DNA of 64,000 bases. It comes from an uncultured Desulfobacter sp. Its GTDB lineage: Bacteria; Desulfobacterota; Desulfobacteria; Desulfobacterales; Desulfobacteraceae. The notes below the pieces were generated by a model. It was not told where the DNA came from, did not search any database, and was given only the letters and a program-made list of their open reading frames with translations. The position numbers were made by a program, and so were the translations under genes. Positions 1 to 10,533 of the stretch are shown here, piece by piece. How positions within the stretch are numbered: the stretch's first letter is position 1; every line of letters starts with the position of its first letter. The stretch lies in assembly GCA_963665095.1 (NCBI GenBank), contig OY762069.1, forward strand, positions 2,944,001 to 3,008,000. Reading direction: 5' to 3'.

Positions 1-943
1 CATCAAAATCGGGCAGCTTGAATTTGGGGTCCGGCCGGTAGACGAGATAGACAAGAAATACAGCGGCCGGTACACAGATGACAGCGGCAGGCATACAGTA
101 TTTGATCCACTCAAAAAAGGTGATTTCAATCCCTGTGAACTCCTTTAAAAACGCGGCAGACACCATACACCGGCCGCCACCCACAAGGGTTCCCATACCA
201 CCGCAGGAACAGGCAAATGGCAAAGAGAGCATCATGAACTTGGCTGTGCTGGTATTGGGCTCAATGCCCACGGCCCGCATCAGCGGCAGCATGGTGACGA
301 TACCGATGGCACAGGCAGCTGCATCATGCATAAACGAAGACGCCAGCCCCAGCCCCACGGCAATGATAAAGGTGAACCGGGTCACGGAATTGCCCGCCTT
401 TTTGATAATATAATACCCCAGGCGTTTTGTCAGCCCCACCTTATCAAGCGCAATGGCAAAGATCAGGCAGCACATGATAAAGATCACCACAGGGTGCATG
501 TAGGGAGCCCATGCCCCTTTCACATCAGTAATGCCCAGCATAACAAGGGAGGCGCCAATAAGCACTGCTGTGATTTCAAGGGGGATGGGCTCCACTACAA
601 ACAGGATGACCAGCACGGCCAGTACAGATAAAAACCGTTTGGCTTTAGGGCTCATGCCGTCCACATAATCTACATTTACTTCTGAAAGGCCTGATTTTTT
701 TGCCTGCTCGGCCAAAAAGGATGCGTTTGCCTGCTCAGTCCCAGGCGCTTTGGCCGTCAGGATAACCGGTTTGCCAGGAGTAGTTTCCTGGGCGGTGAAA
801 TATTGGGCAACCGCCGTGCTCAACTGGTCTGCACCGGTTCCGGAAAGCTTGAACTTGGTTCCTTCAGGCCTTGGCAGTACAAATACAATTACACCGATCA
901 ACACTGCAGCTATTAGTTTAAATCCACTTGATTTGAATATCAT
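1..943 (-). CDS. DASS/SLC13 family permease, 5' part (runs off window start; not in ORF track)
   Basis: Manual translation from ATG at 943 (MIFKSSGFKLIAAVLIG...), overlapping the stop of the upstream receiver gene (ATGA). Hydrophobic, with LAFACSCGGMGTLVGGGRCMV resembling the DASS hairpin motif, followed by ITFFEWIKY. Confidence 0.85.
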   Translation of the reverse strand, partial: MIFKSSGFKLIAAVLIGVIVFVLPRPEGTKFKLSGTGADQLSTAVAQYFTAQETTPGKPVILTAKAPGTEQANASFLAEQAKKSGLSEVNVDYVDGMSPKAKRFLSVLAVLVILFVVEPIPLEITAVLIGASLVMLGITDVKGAWAPYMHPVVIFIMCCLIFAIALDKVGLTKRLGYYIIKKAGNSVTRFTFIIAVGLGLASSFMHDAAACAIGIVTMLPLMRAVGIEPNTSTAKFMMLSLPFACSCGGMGTLVGGGRCMVSAAFLKEFTGIEITFFEWIKYCMPAAVICVPAAVFLVYLVYRPDPKFKLPDFD

Positions 944-1350
944 TGGTGTTTCTCTCCGTTCAGTTTATTATGGGCCTGCCGTGCCAGGCTGATTTTTTCC
1001 ATTAATTCATTCAGTTCACAGGGTTTGGTCAGATAATCAAAGGCGCCTAAGGTCATGCCGTCCTCTGCAGCGGTTCTGGACCCATGTCCTGTCAGGATGA
1101 TCACCGGCAGTTCCGGGGCCATTTTCCTGACAATTTTCAACACCTCAATGCCGTCCAAATCCTGCATCTTCAGGTCCAGGACCATGACATCAAACTTCGC
1201 TTCACGAAGCGCCTGCAACGCCTCAGTGCCGGAATATGCCTTGACGGCCTGAATGCCCCGCCGGCCCAGCCGGTTGGTCAGCACATCCACAAATCCTTTT
1301 TCATCATCCACTAAAAGCAGACGGGTATGGGGTGCGGGGGTGTTTTTCAT
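940..1350 (-). CDS. Single-domain response regulator (REC)
   Basis: LLLVDDE, VLDLKMQDLDG, IILTGHGS, DYLTKP receiver motifs; no output domain. Confidence 0.92.
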   Translation of the reverse strand: MKNTPAPHTRLLLVDDEKGFVDVLTNRLGRRGIQAVKAYSGTEALQALREAKFDVMVLDLKMQDLDGIEVLKIVRKMAPELPVIILTGHGSRTAAEDGMTLGAFDYLTKPCELNELMEKISLARQAHNKLNGEKHQ

Positions 1351-1497
1351 TTTCCTATTTGCCTTTAAATTGAAGTCCTCATTAGTTCATGCCACCCGGA
1401 AACATCCATCCCGGCTAATTGCCGCCTCAATATAAATTCAGCGTTGCCATGGATATAAAACCTGCGTCCGAAGGACACGACACTACAACCAAGGGCC

Positions 1498-1624
1498 GTG
1501 TTTGGGTAAAAACTTGCCCAGATGCAAGGCGCAAGAGGTTTTGCAACCGGAGCAATCTTCAGGGTTGTGAGGATTGCAAAATCTCGCAGCAACGCCGCAG
1601 GTGGGTGAGTTTTTGCCCAAACAC
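1498..1624. mobile_element. 127-bp palindromic MITE/ERIC-like element
   Basis: Imperfect 23-bp terminal inverted repeats (GTGTTTGGGTAAAAACTTGCCCA ... TGGGTGAGTTTTTGCCCAAACAC) with nested internal inverted segments (TTTTGCAA..TTGCAAAA). The right end abuts the TAG stop of the adjacent gene. Confidence 0.75.
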
Positions 1625-2046
1625 TAAATCATGCGGCCTGTTATTTCTTTTGCCCTGGCCTCCATAATCTTCTCTTCATGGCGCAGTTTTTTGGAAGCCG
1701 CCTCTTCAATCTTGGCAATAAGCTCCTCCAGGTTGCACGGCTTCATCAGATAATCAAACGCCCCGCGCTTCATCCCCTCAATGGCGTTTTCCACCGTGGC
1801 ATGGCCTGTGAGCATGATCACTTCCACCAGAGGATGATCCGCCTTGATAGCCCGAAGCGTTTCAAGTCCGTCCATACCCGGCATCTTCACATCAAGCACC
1901 ACCACATCAATGTTGGTGGCCTCAGCCATGAAGTTCACGGCGGACTGCCCGTCATAAACAGCCTCTGCCTTAAGCCCGCGTTTATCCAGCCGCTTGATCA
2001 GGGTGTCAAGAAATGCCTTCTCATCATCCACAAATAAAATTTTCAT
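1624..2046 (-). CDS. Single-domain response regulator (REC)
   Basis: ILFVDDE, VLDVKMPGMDG, MLTGHATV, DYLMKP; short charged C-terminal helix only. Confidence 0.93.
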   Translation of the reverse strand: MKILFVDDEKAFLDTLIKRLDKRGLKAEAVYDGQSAVNFMAEATNIDVVVLDVKMPGMDGLETLRAIKADHPLVEVIMLTGHATVENAIEGMKRGAFDYLMKPCNLEELIAKIEEAASKKLRHEEKIMEARAKEITGRMI

Positions 2047-2070
2047 CTTTAAAGTCTCCCAAAAGTGGTT

Positions 2071-3807
2071 TTAAAGGTTGTTGTCCGTTTCAGCGTTAGT
2101 CGGTTTTGCCGTCTGGCGTATATTTATGGGCAGGTGGATGAAAAAACGGGTTCCCTGTCCCACCTGGCTTTCCACTTCAATGGTGCCTCCCATCTTCTGA
2201 ATAATGCCGTAGCAGATGGACAGACCTAGGCCGGTCCCTTTGCCCACGGCCTTTGTGGTGAAAAACGGGTCAAAAATCCGGTCCAGGTATTGGGTTGGAA
2301 TACCGGGCCCGTTATCATCCACAATGATTTCAAGCATATTGTCGTTACGGGGACTGACAGCGGTGGACACTTCCACCGTGCCCCCGTCTTTTCCCATGGC
2401 ATCAATGGCATTGTTGATCAGGTTGAGAATGACCTGCTGCAGTTCGGAAGGGGAAAAACGGATAAAAGGCAGGTCCTGTTGGAGATTGGTGGAGATGGCC
2501 ACATTATTATACCGGGCCATCTGGGCGGTGAGCCCTACGATCTCCTGGACGGTGTCGTTGATATCAATGTCAGCCACTGTGGCATCGCTTTTCCTTGCAA
2601 AGCTTAACAGCTTATGAGTGATGTCCTTGCAGCGCCGGCCCTGGGTGCTGATCTGCTCAATGGCCCGGTCAAATTCCGTGCGGCCGTCCGGGGTCATGCC
2701 GGTCTCTTCTTCTAACAGATCGCTCATCCAGCCGGCCTCTTCCACCATGATGGCCACAGGGTTGTTGATCTCATGGGCAATGCCTGCGGCAAGCTCCCCG
2801 ATGGAAGCCAGTTTCCCGCTTTCCACCACCTGTTGGTTCATGGCCTCGTTTTTCCGGTCTGCACTGGCGATGCGTTTGACAAGGTTTTCCGAGAGTGTAA
2901 AAGAAACTGACATGATCATCAGGCAGGAGAGCAGAAATACTATGAGGGTGAGCCCTTCAGCCTTCCACATATCCCACAATGCATCCCGGCTGTTCTGGCG
3001 GAACACCATACGCCAGTCCACAGTTTTAAAAAGTGCCAGGGCATACAGACAGGTGTCTCCGGTTTCATTTTTATGCTTCAGAATGCGGGTGTTTCCCCCG
3101 TTGAAAATGGATGGGTCTGAAATAAATGAAGGCACAATATCCAGGGTGCCGGCCCTGGGATGGGTTTGCAGCCGCCCCTCGGCATTGACAATGAATGCCG
3201 TGCCGGTTTTACCGATTTCAACATTCTCCACCAGGATATTAAAGGCTGTAAAGTTAATCGTGGATCTTAATATGTAGGTCTGGCCCTGGCTTTCAAGCTT
3301 AACTGCCAGGATAAAATGGGGATGCCCCCGAAGCCCTGCAAACACATCTGATATATAATAAGGACTGTTCATCGCCTTTAAAAACCAGGCTGCATTGCTG
3401 TAATGGGCATTCATCAGACGGAACGGTCCCTCATAGGCAAACTGGATACCATCTGAGTCCACAAGTCCGAGATCTGTGAAAACATCCCCGTATTCACTTT
3501 TAAGCTCAGCCAGTTGCGCGCTTAAAAACGCCTGGGCACTGTCGGCAGACCCCATGGATAACTGTCGGGCCAGATACCTGATATTACCCAGTTTTTCAGC
3601 AAGAAACGCATCAATATTCTGGGTATGTTTGAGCACCAGCTCACAGATATGTGCACTGACCTTTTCAGAATAGGCCAGATGAAACCGCCAGCACAGAATA
3701 CCTGAGGTGAGCATCATGGGGATAAGGGAAACCAAGAGGATTCTGATCCTGATTTTCCGGATCAGTGACTGGTAGAACTCTTTTCTATCAGCGTTGTGTT
3801 CCTGCAT
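2071..3807 (-). CDS. Membrane sensor histidine kinase (Cache-like periplasmic domain, NtrB-type HisKA-HATPase)
   Basis: Two TM segments, YYISDVFAG Cache-like motif, AHEINNP H-box, NLINNA N-box, [18 protein letters not shown]. Confidence 0.93.
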   Translation of the reverse strand: MQEHNADRKEFYQSLIRKIRIRILLVSLIPMMLTSGILCWRFHLAYSEKVSAHICELVLKHTQNIDAFLAEKLGNIRYLARQLSMGSADSAQAFLSAQLAELKSEYGDVFTDLGLVDSDGIQFAYEGPFRLMNAHYSNAAWFLKAMNSPYYISDVFAGLRGHPHFILAVKLESQGQTYILRSTINFTAFNILVENVEIGKTGTAFIVNAEGRLQTHPRAGTLDIVPSFISDPSIFNGGNTRILKHKNETGDTCLYALALFKTVDWRMVFRQNSRDALWDMWKAEGLTLIVFLLSCLMIMSVSFTLSENLVKRIASADRKNEAMNQQVVESGKLASIGELAAGIAHEINNPVAIMVEEAGWMSDLLEEETGMTPDGRTEFDRAIEQISTQGRRCKDITHKLLSFARKSDATVADIDINDTVQEIVGLTAQMARYNNVAISTNLQQDLPFIRFSPSELQQVILNLINNAIDAMGKDGGTVEVSTAVSPRNDNMLEIIVDDNGPGIPTQYLDRIFDPFFTTKAVGKGTGLGLSICYGIIQKMGGTIEVESQVGQGTRFFIHLPINIRQTAKPTNAETDNNL

Positions 3808-3868
3808 TATATCTTATGACTCCTGTGAGGCGGTTTCATCCGGCTTACGGATTCTGCACACACAGGTA

Positions 3869-3884
3869 TCAAGATATATGCCAA
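3869..3884 (-). promoter_or_regulatory. Candidate sigma54 (-24/-12) promoter, variant
   Basis: Minus strand TTGGCATATATCTTGA: correct spacing but GA instead of GC at -12; about 60 bp upstream of the kinase start. Confidence 0.5.
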
Positions 3885-3959
3885 TGACGGAAAAGAAGAG
3901 ACAGGCAGAGTTTAATACATTGAAATAACAGAAGAAATTATAGAATATTACAGACAATC

Positions 3960-4009
3960 AAAAAGACGTGACAGGTGGTCAAAAAGGCTGTCACCTGTCA
4001 CGTCTTTTT
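3960..4009 (-). terminator. Intrinsic terminator after the acetyltransferase gene
   Basis: Perfect inverted repeat AAAAGACGTGACAGGTG / CACCTGTCACGTCTTTT starting at the stop codon. Confidence 0.8.
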
Positions 4010-6698
4010 ACAGTGTGTAAACATCGAGATGTTCGATGTCAATATCGATCTCAACTTCACCGGAATGGGGCATTCCGGTTTTTTTAAAGCCAAGCTTATC
4101 AGCCAGGCGCAGCATCTGCCGGTTTTCCCGCAGCACAGTGCCGTACACCCGTTTCAGACCGTACCGCTTGGCAAAGGCCAGGCAGGATTTCAGTAATGCG
4201 GCACCAATGCCTTTGCCCTGCCAGGAATCAGCCAGCATAATGGCAAATTCCCCTTCTTCGTGGTTGCCGGTGAAAATGATCCTGGCGGTCCCGATAATGC
4301 GTTCCCCGGACTGGGGCGGAAAAATGGCAACCAGAGCCACTTCCCGGTCATAATCAATTTGAGTAAGGGCTAAAAGCATACGGTTGGACAGTTTTTTTAA
4401 CGGGGTGAAAAAGCGCAAATACACCGTCTGGGGGGACAGATTTTCAAAAAAGGTCATTATGGGGGCGGCGTCTTCAGGCTTAACCGGCCGGATCAGAACC
4501 TGTTCGCTCTCCTGGGTGGTAAGCAACTGCTCCTGCCAGGCCGGATAGGGGCTGATAATCAAATGTTCCGGGGCCGGAACCGCAGGTGCTGCCACCCGTA
4601 TCCGGGCATCCACCGCAATAATATGTCCGTTTGTAACAACCACCGGGTTGATGGTGACTTCGGTGATCTGGGAAAAATCAGTAACCAGACGGCTCAGGCG
4701 TATTAAAAGATTCTCGGCCTGAGTCATGTCAACGGCTTTGAACTGCCTGAATCCGTTCATGACTTTGGATATTTTGGTGGCATTGATGGTCTGGGCAGCC
4801 AGCATTGAATTCAAGGGAGGCAGGGCCAGGGCCGTATCCTGGTAAATGTCGGTCATGGCACCGCCAGTGCCAAATTCCAGGACCGGCCCGAACTGTTGAT
4901 CCAGCCTTGCCCCTGCAAAAAGTTCATAACAGCCGCTTTGAACCATGGACTGGACACTGACGCCCAGAATTTCTGCATCCGGAAAGGCTGCAGCACTGTG
5001 TGACATAATCCGATCAAACGCATCTTTTACAGCCTGGGCTGAGCAGAGATTCAGGCAGATACCGCCTGCATCTGATTTATGAATAATGTCCGGTGAGTTG
5101 ATTTTCAGGACCACCGGAAACCCCATCTCTTCTGCTTTCTGAACGGCTTCCTCTTTTGTCGGCGCCAGCTGTGTGCGGTTAACTGGAATGCCGTACGCCC
5201 CGAGTACAGCCTTGGCATCCATTTCATTTAAAATAGGTCGGCCCTCTTCAATATAGCTGTTAATAATGGTCCGCACCTGCTCGGGATGAACTTTCAGCCG
5301 GATGTCCCGCCGGACAGGAATCTGCTGGAGCATCTCCAGATTGCGGTGGTACCGGTTCATGCCCGCAAAGGCCCGGGCTGCTTTTTCCGGTGTGTCATAG
5401 GTCAGACCGCCATGTTCAGCAAGTATCTTTTGGGCTTTCACCATCCGGGGGCCGCCCAGCCATACGGTAATGACCGGGCAAGGCAGGGCAGTAATCTGCC
5501 CGGCCAGATCCCGGGCAAGGTCTGCAGGATCAAAAAGTCCCATGGGGGAGTGGATCATCAGAATCCCGTCAACCTCGGGGGCCTGGGCTGCCACAGTCAC
5601 GGCCCTGGCAATCTGGGCAGAGGATGCATCTGCCAGAACATCCACCGGGTTGCTCCGGCTCCAGGTTTTTTCAAGGGTGGTGTCCAGGGCTTCAATGGTC
5701 TGGGCGGCCAGGATGGCCGGCTCAAGGCCATTGGCCGCAAGGGCGTCCACAGCCATGACCCCGGGACCGCCGGCATTGGTAATGACAGCCAGACGTTTGC
5801 CTTTGGGCTGCTGCTGCCTGGCAAAAATACGGGTGTAGTCAAACAGCTCTTCAAAGGTATCCACACGCAGGATGCCTGCCCGGTCAAAGGCGGCATCATA
5901 AACAGCATCCTCTCCTGCCATTGCACCGGTATGCAGGGCTGCTGCCCGGGCACCGACCGATGTCCGCCCTGATTTCAGGCAGATAATGGGTTTGATCCGG
6001 GAAACAGCCCGGGCCGCACTCATAAATTTGCGGATATTTGTCATGGTTTCCATGTACATGATGATGCTGTCCACCTTTCTTGAGGTGCTCAGGTAATCAA
6101 GCATATCTGAAAAGTCCACGTCCAGCATATCACCCATGCTGATAATATGGCTGAATCCCAGATTTTCCTTTTGGGCCAGATCCTGCACCGAAGCGCAGAC
6201 AGCACCGGACTGGGACAGGAACGCAATGCGTCCTTTTTCGGGGGAGCCTGACATGAAACTGGCGTTCAGGCTGATGTCAGTGTTGGCAATACCAATGCTG
6301 TTAGGGCCCAGGATGCGGATGCCATGCTGCCGGGCGGCATGTTTGATCCGGGATTCAATAATACGTCCCTGTTCACCGGCTTCTTTCGCCCCGGCAGAAA
6401 TAACAACAGCCCCGGCCGCCCCGGCCTGGCCGCATGCCTCTATAATTTCAGGTACCTGGCCAATAGGGGTGGCCACCACCATAAGGTCCACTGGATTTTC
6501 TATCTCTTTGATGGAACTTTTTACCGGGATATCCATGACATAGGCGCAGTTGGGATTGACGGGATAGATATCCCCTTTGAAACCGCCGTCAATCAGGTTG
6601 CGCATCAATGCATATCCCACCTGGCCTTTCTTTTCGCTGGCCCCGATAATAGCCACGGATTCAGGACGGAACATTCTTGATAAGGTTTCTGTGTCCAT
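4008..6698 (-). CDS. pat: Pat/PatZ-type protein lysine acetyltransferase (NDP-forming acyl-CoA synthetase-like domains + C-terminal GNAT)
   Basis: SVAIIGAS, LGPNSIG, SQSGA, AALHTGAMAG, NAGGPG, ATP-grasp HKSDAGG, and GNAT domain with RFFTP, DYDREVALVA, QGKGIG. Confidence 0.9.
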   Translation of the reverse strand: MDTETLSRMFRPESVAIIGASEKKGQVGYALMRNLIDGGFKGDIYPVNPNCAYVMDIPVKSSIKEIENPVDLMVVATPIGQVPEIIEACGQAGAAGAVVISAGAKEAGEQGRIIESRIKHAARQHGIRILGPNSIGIANTDISLNASFMSGSPEKGRIAFLSQSGAVCASVQDLAQKENLGFSHIISMGDMLDVDFSDMLDYLSTSRKVDSIIMYMETMTNIRKFMSAARAVSRIKPIICLKSGRTSVGARAAALHTGAMAGEDAVYDAAFDRAGILRVDTFEELFDYTRIFARQQQPKGKRLAVITNAGGPGVMAVDALAANGLEPAILAAQTIEALDTTLEKTWSRSNPVDVLADASSAQIARAVTVAAQAPEVDGILMIHSPMGLFDPADLARDLAGQITALPCPVITVWLGGPRMVKAQKILAEHGGLTYDTPEKAARAFAGMNRYHRNLEMLQQIPVRRDIRLKVHPEQVRTIINSYIEEGRPILNEMDAKAVLGAYGIPVNRTQLAPTKEEAVQKAEEMGFPVVLKINSPDIIHKSDAGGICLNLCSAQAVKDAFDRIMSHSAAAFPDAEILGVSVQSMVQSGCYELFAGARLDQQFGPVLEFGTGGAMTDIYQDTALALPPLNSMLAAQTINATKISKVMNGFRQFKAVDMTQAENLLIRLSRLVTDFSQITEVTINPVVVTNGHIIAVDARIRVAAPAVPAPEHLIISPYPAWQEQLLTTQESEQVLIRPVKPEDAAPIMTFFENLSPQTVYLRFFTPLKKLSNRMLLALTQIDYDREVALVAIFPPQSGERIIGTARIIFTGNHEEGEFAIMLADSWQGKGIGAALLKSCLAFAKRYGLKRVYGTVLRENRQMLRLADKLGFKKTGMPHSGEVEIDIDIEHLDVYTL

Positions 6699-6849
6699 GA
6701 GCGGTTCCTTTTAAAAGGGTAAAGGATGTAACGCAGACTTAAATATTACTAAGAAATTTTCGGGCCGGTCTTCGATGGGATTGCATTACTGGGACCGGCC
6801 CCACGGCTGCTTTTTAATCGTTTATGTTCCAGATAACTATGTCAGGAGC

Positions 6850-7782
6850 TTAGGGAATCAGCCAGATGGTGAACTTCCTGGAACTGTAAATAATTTTTCT
6901 GGGGATTCGTCCGAGATCAAAATTTTCAACTTCCGAGAGTCCTTTTCTGCCCAGAACCAGGGTGTCGCATTCGGCCTGACGGGCCGTATCCAGGATCGTA
7001 GCGGCCCGGCTTTCAGCTCCCTGGATAATGCGGCTTTCGATTTTGTCTTCCGGGATACCTGCCTTTGTCAATGCCTCTTTGGCCGACACAATTGCCTTAT
7101 CCAGCCGGTTATAGGCTCTGACACACATATCAGCAAAAGGATCTTTACCTTCCTGAACGGAGTCCGGCACAGTATTACGCATGATGGCACACAAAAGAAT
7201 CCGGCACTCACATTTTCCCATCATGTCTGCAACAAATTCCACGGACCGCATGGAACCATCTGACCCGTCAACGGCAATGCACAGGTAGTTGTTCGCCTCC
7301 CGGGTCCCGGCAACAATCAAAGGAATCTTGTCTGCCTTCTCCACAACTTTGGCAGCGACGCCACCTAAAGTGACACCGAGAATGGAGTTGGCATTGCCTC
7401 TTCTTCTGATGACAAGCGCCTGATATTCACCACTCTGGGCTTCGCTGAGAATCCCTCTGGCAACTCCTTTTTCCCTGGTGGCCAGTTTGAACTGGACGCG
7501 GTCCTTGTCATAGCCGGCCGATACAAGTTTATTACGGGCATCTTTTAAAAACGCATTCATCATCTGCTTCTGGCCGGATTCCCAGGCCTTTACCTGGGAT
7601 ACGGCCATTTTGCTGAATGCATCCTGGCTCAAATCATAATAGGCCTCCGGAATGGGCGTGGTGATACTGAACAACACCAAATCTCTGTTTTTAAAAGGGG
7701 TAAATCTGCATAAATAATCAATGGTTCTTTCAGCGCGTTTTGATCCGTCAAGGGTGACCAGAATTTTTTTCTCTTCAGACAT
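6850..7782 (-). CDS. Universal stress protein, tandem USP domains
   Basis: ILVTLDGS and CIAVDGS domain starts; LVLGRKGLS..F.LG motif. Confidence 0.9.
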   Translation of the reverse strand: MSEEKKILVTLDGSKRAERTIDYLCRFTPFKNRDLVLFSITTPIPEAYYDLSQDAFSKMAVSQVKAWESGQKQMMNAFLKDARNKLVSAGYDKDRVQFKLATREKGVARGILSEAQSGEYQALVIRRRGNANSILGVTLGGVAAKVVEKADKIPLIVAGTREANNYLCIAVDGSDGSMRSVEFVADMMGKCECRILLCAIMRNTVPDSVQEGKDPFADMCVRAYNRLDKAIVSAKEALTKAGIPEDKIESRIIQGAESRAATILDTARQAECDTLVLGRKGLSEVENFDLGRIPRKIIYSSRKFTIWLIP

Positions 7783-7856
7783 GTGAACCTCCTTGGGAAA
7801 GGCCCCGGGACCGGATGATCCAACCGGCTCCCGGGGTATTTACCCTGAAAAATGGG

Positions 7857-8825
7857 TTAAATGCAGATGTCCGGGCTCAAACGCAGCACCGGGACCGGGC
7901 TGTGACGAAAAATCTTTTCAATGGTACTACCCAGGGCAAACTTGACTGAGCGACTGTGCCCCAGAGGACCTAAGACCAGGGCGTCAACCCGGAGATCCTT
8001 GGTGGCTGACAGTATCTGTTCACAAGGATCTCCAGAGGCAATGGTGATATTAATACCCTCCATATCACCAATGCCGGCGGCCTTTATCTGGTCCGCCAGA
8101 CGATCCCTGCGCCGCTGTTTGGCCTTGGGCAGAAATTCCTCCGCAGAAAAGGTGTTTTCCGGGATATAATGGGATTTAATCCAGGCAAGCTCCTTATGTC
8201 CGATGCAATGGAATACCTCAAGCTTTGCACCTGTCATTTTTGCCATCCATCCCGCCCGGGCCAGGATATGCTCGGTCCATGGAGAGAAGTCAACCGCTGC
8301 CATAATGGTGTGGATTTCTCCCTGCTCCGGCAGTTGGCTGCCTGAATACATCCGTTTAAAAATATGTTTGTCCCTGACGCTGAACAGCGCCTTCCGGCAG
8401 TGACGGAATACAAACTCCGCTGCACTGCCGAACATGAAGCTGGACAGGTTGGAACGCCCCTTGTTGGCCATGACCACGAGGTCTGGATTGACCTCGTCAA
8501 TCATGGTCAGGATCTCTTCGGCAGGATATCCCATCTTTATACGGATATCGGTTTTGCCTTCGAATTCAGGGTGATGTGTCCGGATCAGTTCCCTGATCTG
8601 GGCGACCCTGTTTTCCTTCAGCTCATCCAGATACTCCTGGGTATCCTCCCGGCAGGGATACATCATCCCGGCCATAAACACCGGGTTGACCTCCCTAAGG
8701 GGGACAATGGAACAAATGGTGACCTTGAGATCTGTCTTCCCGGCCAGACCCAGGGCATAGCCCAGGGTCATGGGGGAATAATCGGACAGATCAATACAGG
8801 CCATAATGTGGTTGAACTGGCTCAT
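7857..8825 (-). CDS. Universal stress protein, tandem USP domains
   Basis: IMACIDLS, MANKGRS..FMFGSAAE, IMAAVDFS, LGSTIEKIFRHSPVPVL. Confidence 0.9.
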   Translation of the reverse strand: MSQFNHIMACIDLSDYSPMTLGYALGLAGKTDLKVTICSIVPLREVNPVFMAGMMYPCREDTQEYLDELKENRVAQIRELIRTHHPEFEGKTDIRIKMGYPAEEILTMIDEVNPDLVVMANKGRSNLSSFMFGSAAEFVFRHCRKALFSVRDKHIFKRMYSGSQLPEQGEIHTIMAAVDFSPWTEHILARAGWMAKMTGAKLEVFHCIGHKELAWIKSHYIPENTFSAEEFLPKAKQRRRDRLADQIKAAGIGDMEGINITIASGDPCEQILSATKDLRVDALVLGPLGHSRSVKFALGSTIEKIFRHSPVPVLRLSPDICI

Positions 8826-9745
8826 CGTCTGCTCCTGAGTTTATCGGGGAGTATGCATTTCCCCATTTCAAAAAACAGGTCCTGCTCTCTGATAACACCT
8901 ACGGGTTGACCGTCCCGGGTGACAAGGAGACGGCGCTGCTCCTGATCCACCATATACCAGGCCGCCTCCATCAGAGTGGCGTTGGCATCAATGGACACAG
9001 GAACAGGGGACATGACATCGCTGATGGTCTCAGTGCGGACCTGCTTCACCGCCGTGGTAAACATGTTTCTCCAGAACATGGGTGAGTACTGGATGGCATC
9101 TGCCATGGCCGGTTTTGGCGACGTCAGGTAACCGGGCAGGATCAGTTCGAGAAGGTCCCGGATGGTAAGAATTCCTTTGATCTGCATTTTTTTGTCCATG
9201 ACCAGGACGGACCTGTGACCGGTTTCCATAATCTGGTCAGTGGCCGTCAGGGTAACAAAAGATGTTTTCAATTCATGAACAGCTTCCGCAATTGTAGCAC
9301 CTTCATCTATGGTTGTATAGGCACTTAAAGGAATCATTACTGCGCCAACCAGATCCTCTTCAATTTTTCCGCCATGGGCTTTATTCTGGCAGGCCTCTCT
9401 GATTTTATCTGAGAGCAGATCAATGTCACAGGGTTTGGACAGGTAGTCAAACGCCCCGAGCACCAGGGCCTGTTCCGCCGAGTCCTTGTCCCCGTGGCCC
9501 GTGAGCATGATCACGGGCAGATCCGGCTTTTCTTCCAACATTTTTTCCAACACTTCATGTCCGTCCATACCGGGCATCCGGATGTCCAGGATCACCACAT
9601 CCGGCGACTGGTTAAGGCTTTTCAGGGCGCTGGGGCCGTCCTCCGCAAGAATGGTGGCAAAACCGTTGCGCTCCAGAATCTTGCGAGTGGTTTCCCTGAA
9701 CCGTTCTTCATCGTCAACCATCAAAACTTTTATGGGTTCTGTCAT
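8822..9745 (-). CDS. Response regulator with C-terminal CBS domain pair
   Basis: N-terminal REC (VDDE, DIRMPGMDG, TGHG, KP), then CBS motifs (GILTIRDLL, VGVIREQDL). Confidence 0.88.
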   Translation of the reverse strand: MTEPIKVLMVDDEERFRETTRKILERNGFATILAEDGPSALKSLNQSPDVVILDIRMPGMDGHEVLEKMLEEKPDLPVIMLTGHGDKDSAEQALVLGAFDYLSKPCDIDLLSDKIREACQNKAHGGKIEEDLVGAVMIPLSAYTTIDEGATIAEAVHELKTSFVTLTATDQIMETGHRSVLVMDKKMQIKGILTIRDLLELILPGYLTSPKPAMADAIQYSPMFWRNMFTTAVKQVRTETISDVMSPVPVSIDANATLMEAAWYMVDQEQRRLLVTRDGQPVGVIREQDLFFEMGKCILPDKLRSRR

Positions 9746-9776
9746 TTGATATTGCTCCTCTTCTTTTTAAAAATTT

Positions 9777-10310
9777 TTATACACGACCGGCGACTGCCGA
9801 TATGGCTGAATAAATCAGGCACCACTGCACGGGTACGGAAATAAGGATGATGGCGATGGCTTTGCCTTTTGACAGGCCACAGCTGTTTTTAAATCCAGTA
9901 TATACCAGCCAGTATTTCCAGGGTTCCGTAAACCAGAGCATGAAAGGCAGCCAGGAAATCAGCATGGTAATTCCCGAGGCATAGGCATAAAGCCCGAAGA
10001 CCAGGGAGAACTGACTTACCCTGCCGCACATCATTACCATGGTGCAGAACCCGGTAATTGAACCGATGGCCACCATCCCTGCAGCATTGGCAAAGTAAAT
10101 AAGTGCCATGGTAATTGGGGAGTGGGGGCCCGGGCCCGTGAGCAGGCCTGCTCCGGCATAAAATCCCGAAAACAGAAGGATAAAGCCCACGGCCCGGCCA
10201 AAGGTATGGCTGGCAGGCAGGTCTTTGAAAAACAGGACCGGTTCTATAAGCAGCCGGATCAGACCATGGCCGTAAAATTTCAGTGCATTAACTACCCCTG
10301 ATGTATTCAT
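9777..10310 (-). CDS. YIP1-like integral membrane protein
   Basis: Start moved to ATG 10310 (RBS AAGGAGAG). LLIEPVLFF N-terminal motif, about five TM segments, YAYASG. Confidence 0.7.
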   Translation of the reverse strand: MNTSGVVNALKFYGHGLIRLLIEPVLFFKDLPASHTFGRAVGFILLFSGFYAGAGLLTGPGPHSPITMALIYFANAAGMVAIGSITGFCTMVMMCGRVSQFSLVFGLYAYASGITMLISWLPFMLWFTEPWKYWLVYTGFKNSCGLSKGKAIAIILISVPVQWCLIYSAISAVAGRV

Positions 10311-10369
10311 TCTTCTCTCCTTTGCGCAGACCCCCGTCGTTCGCATTATTTCGCTACAAGGATTCACGA

Positions 10370-10507
10370 TCAGACCAATCGGGCCACGATACCGGCCCCA
10401 AGCATAATCAGGGTCATGAAAAAGAAGATCCGCCGTTCGGTTTCCTTTGAAAAATAGATTTTTGAATCCATTCTTTTTACCGGTATTTTCAATGTTAACT
10501 TTTTCAT
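10370..10507 (-). CDS. 45-aa single-TM small protein (not in ORF track)
   Basis: AGGAG RBS, then MKKLTLKIPVKRMDSKIYFSKETERRIFFFMTLIMLGAGIVARLV; fills the gap between the DASS and YIP1 genes. Confidence 0.75.
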   Translation of the reverse strand: MKKLTLKIPVKRMDSKIYFSKETERRIFFFMTLIMLGAGIVARLV

Positions 10508-10533
10508 GTGTTTATCTCCTTATATCACTTTGA

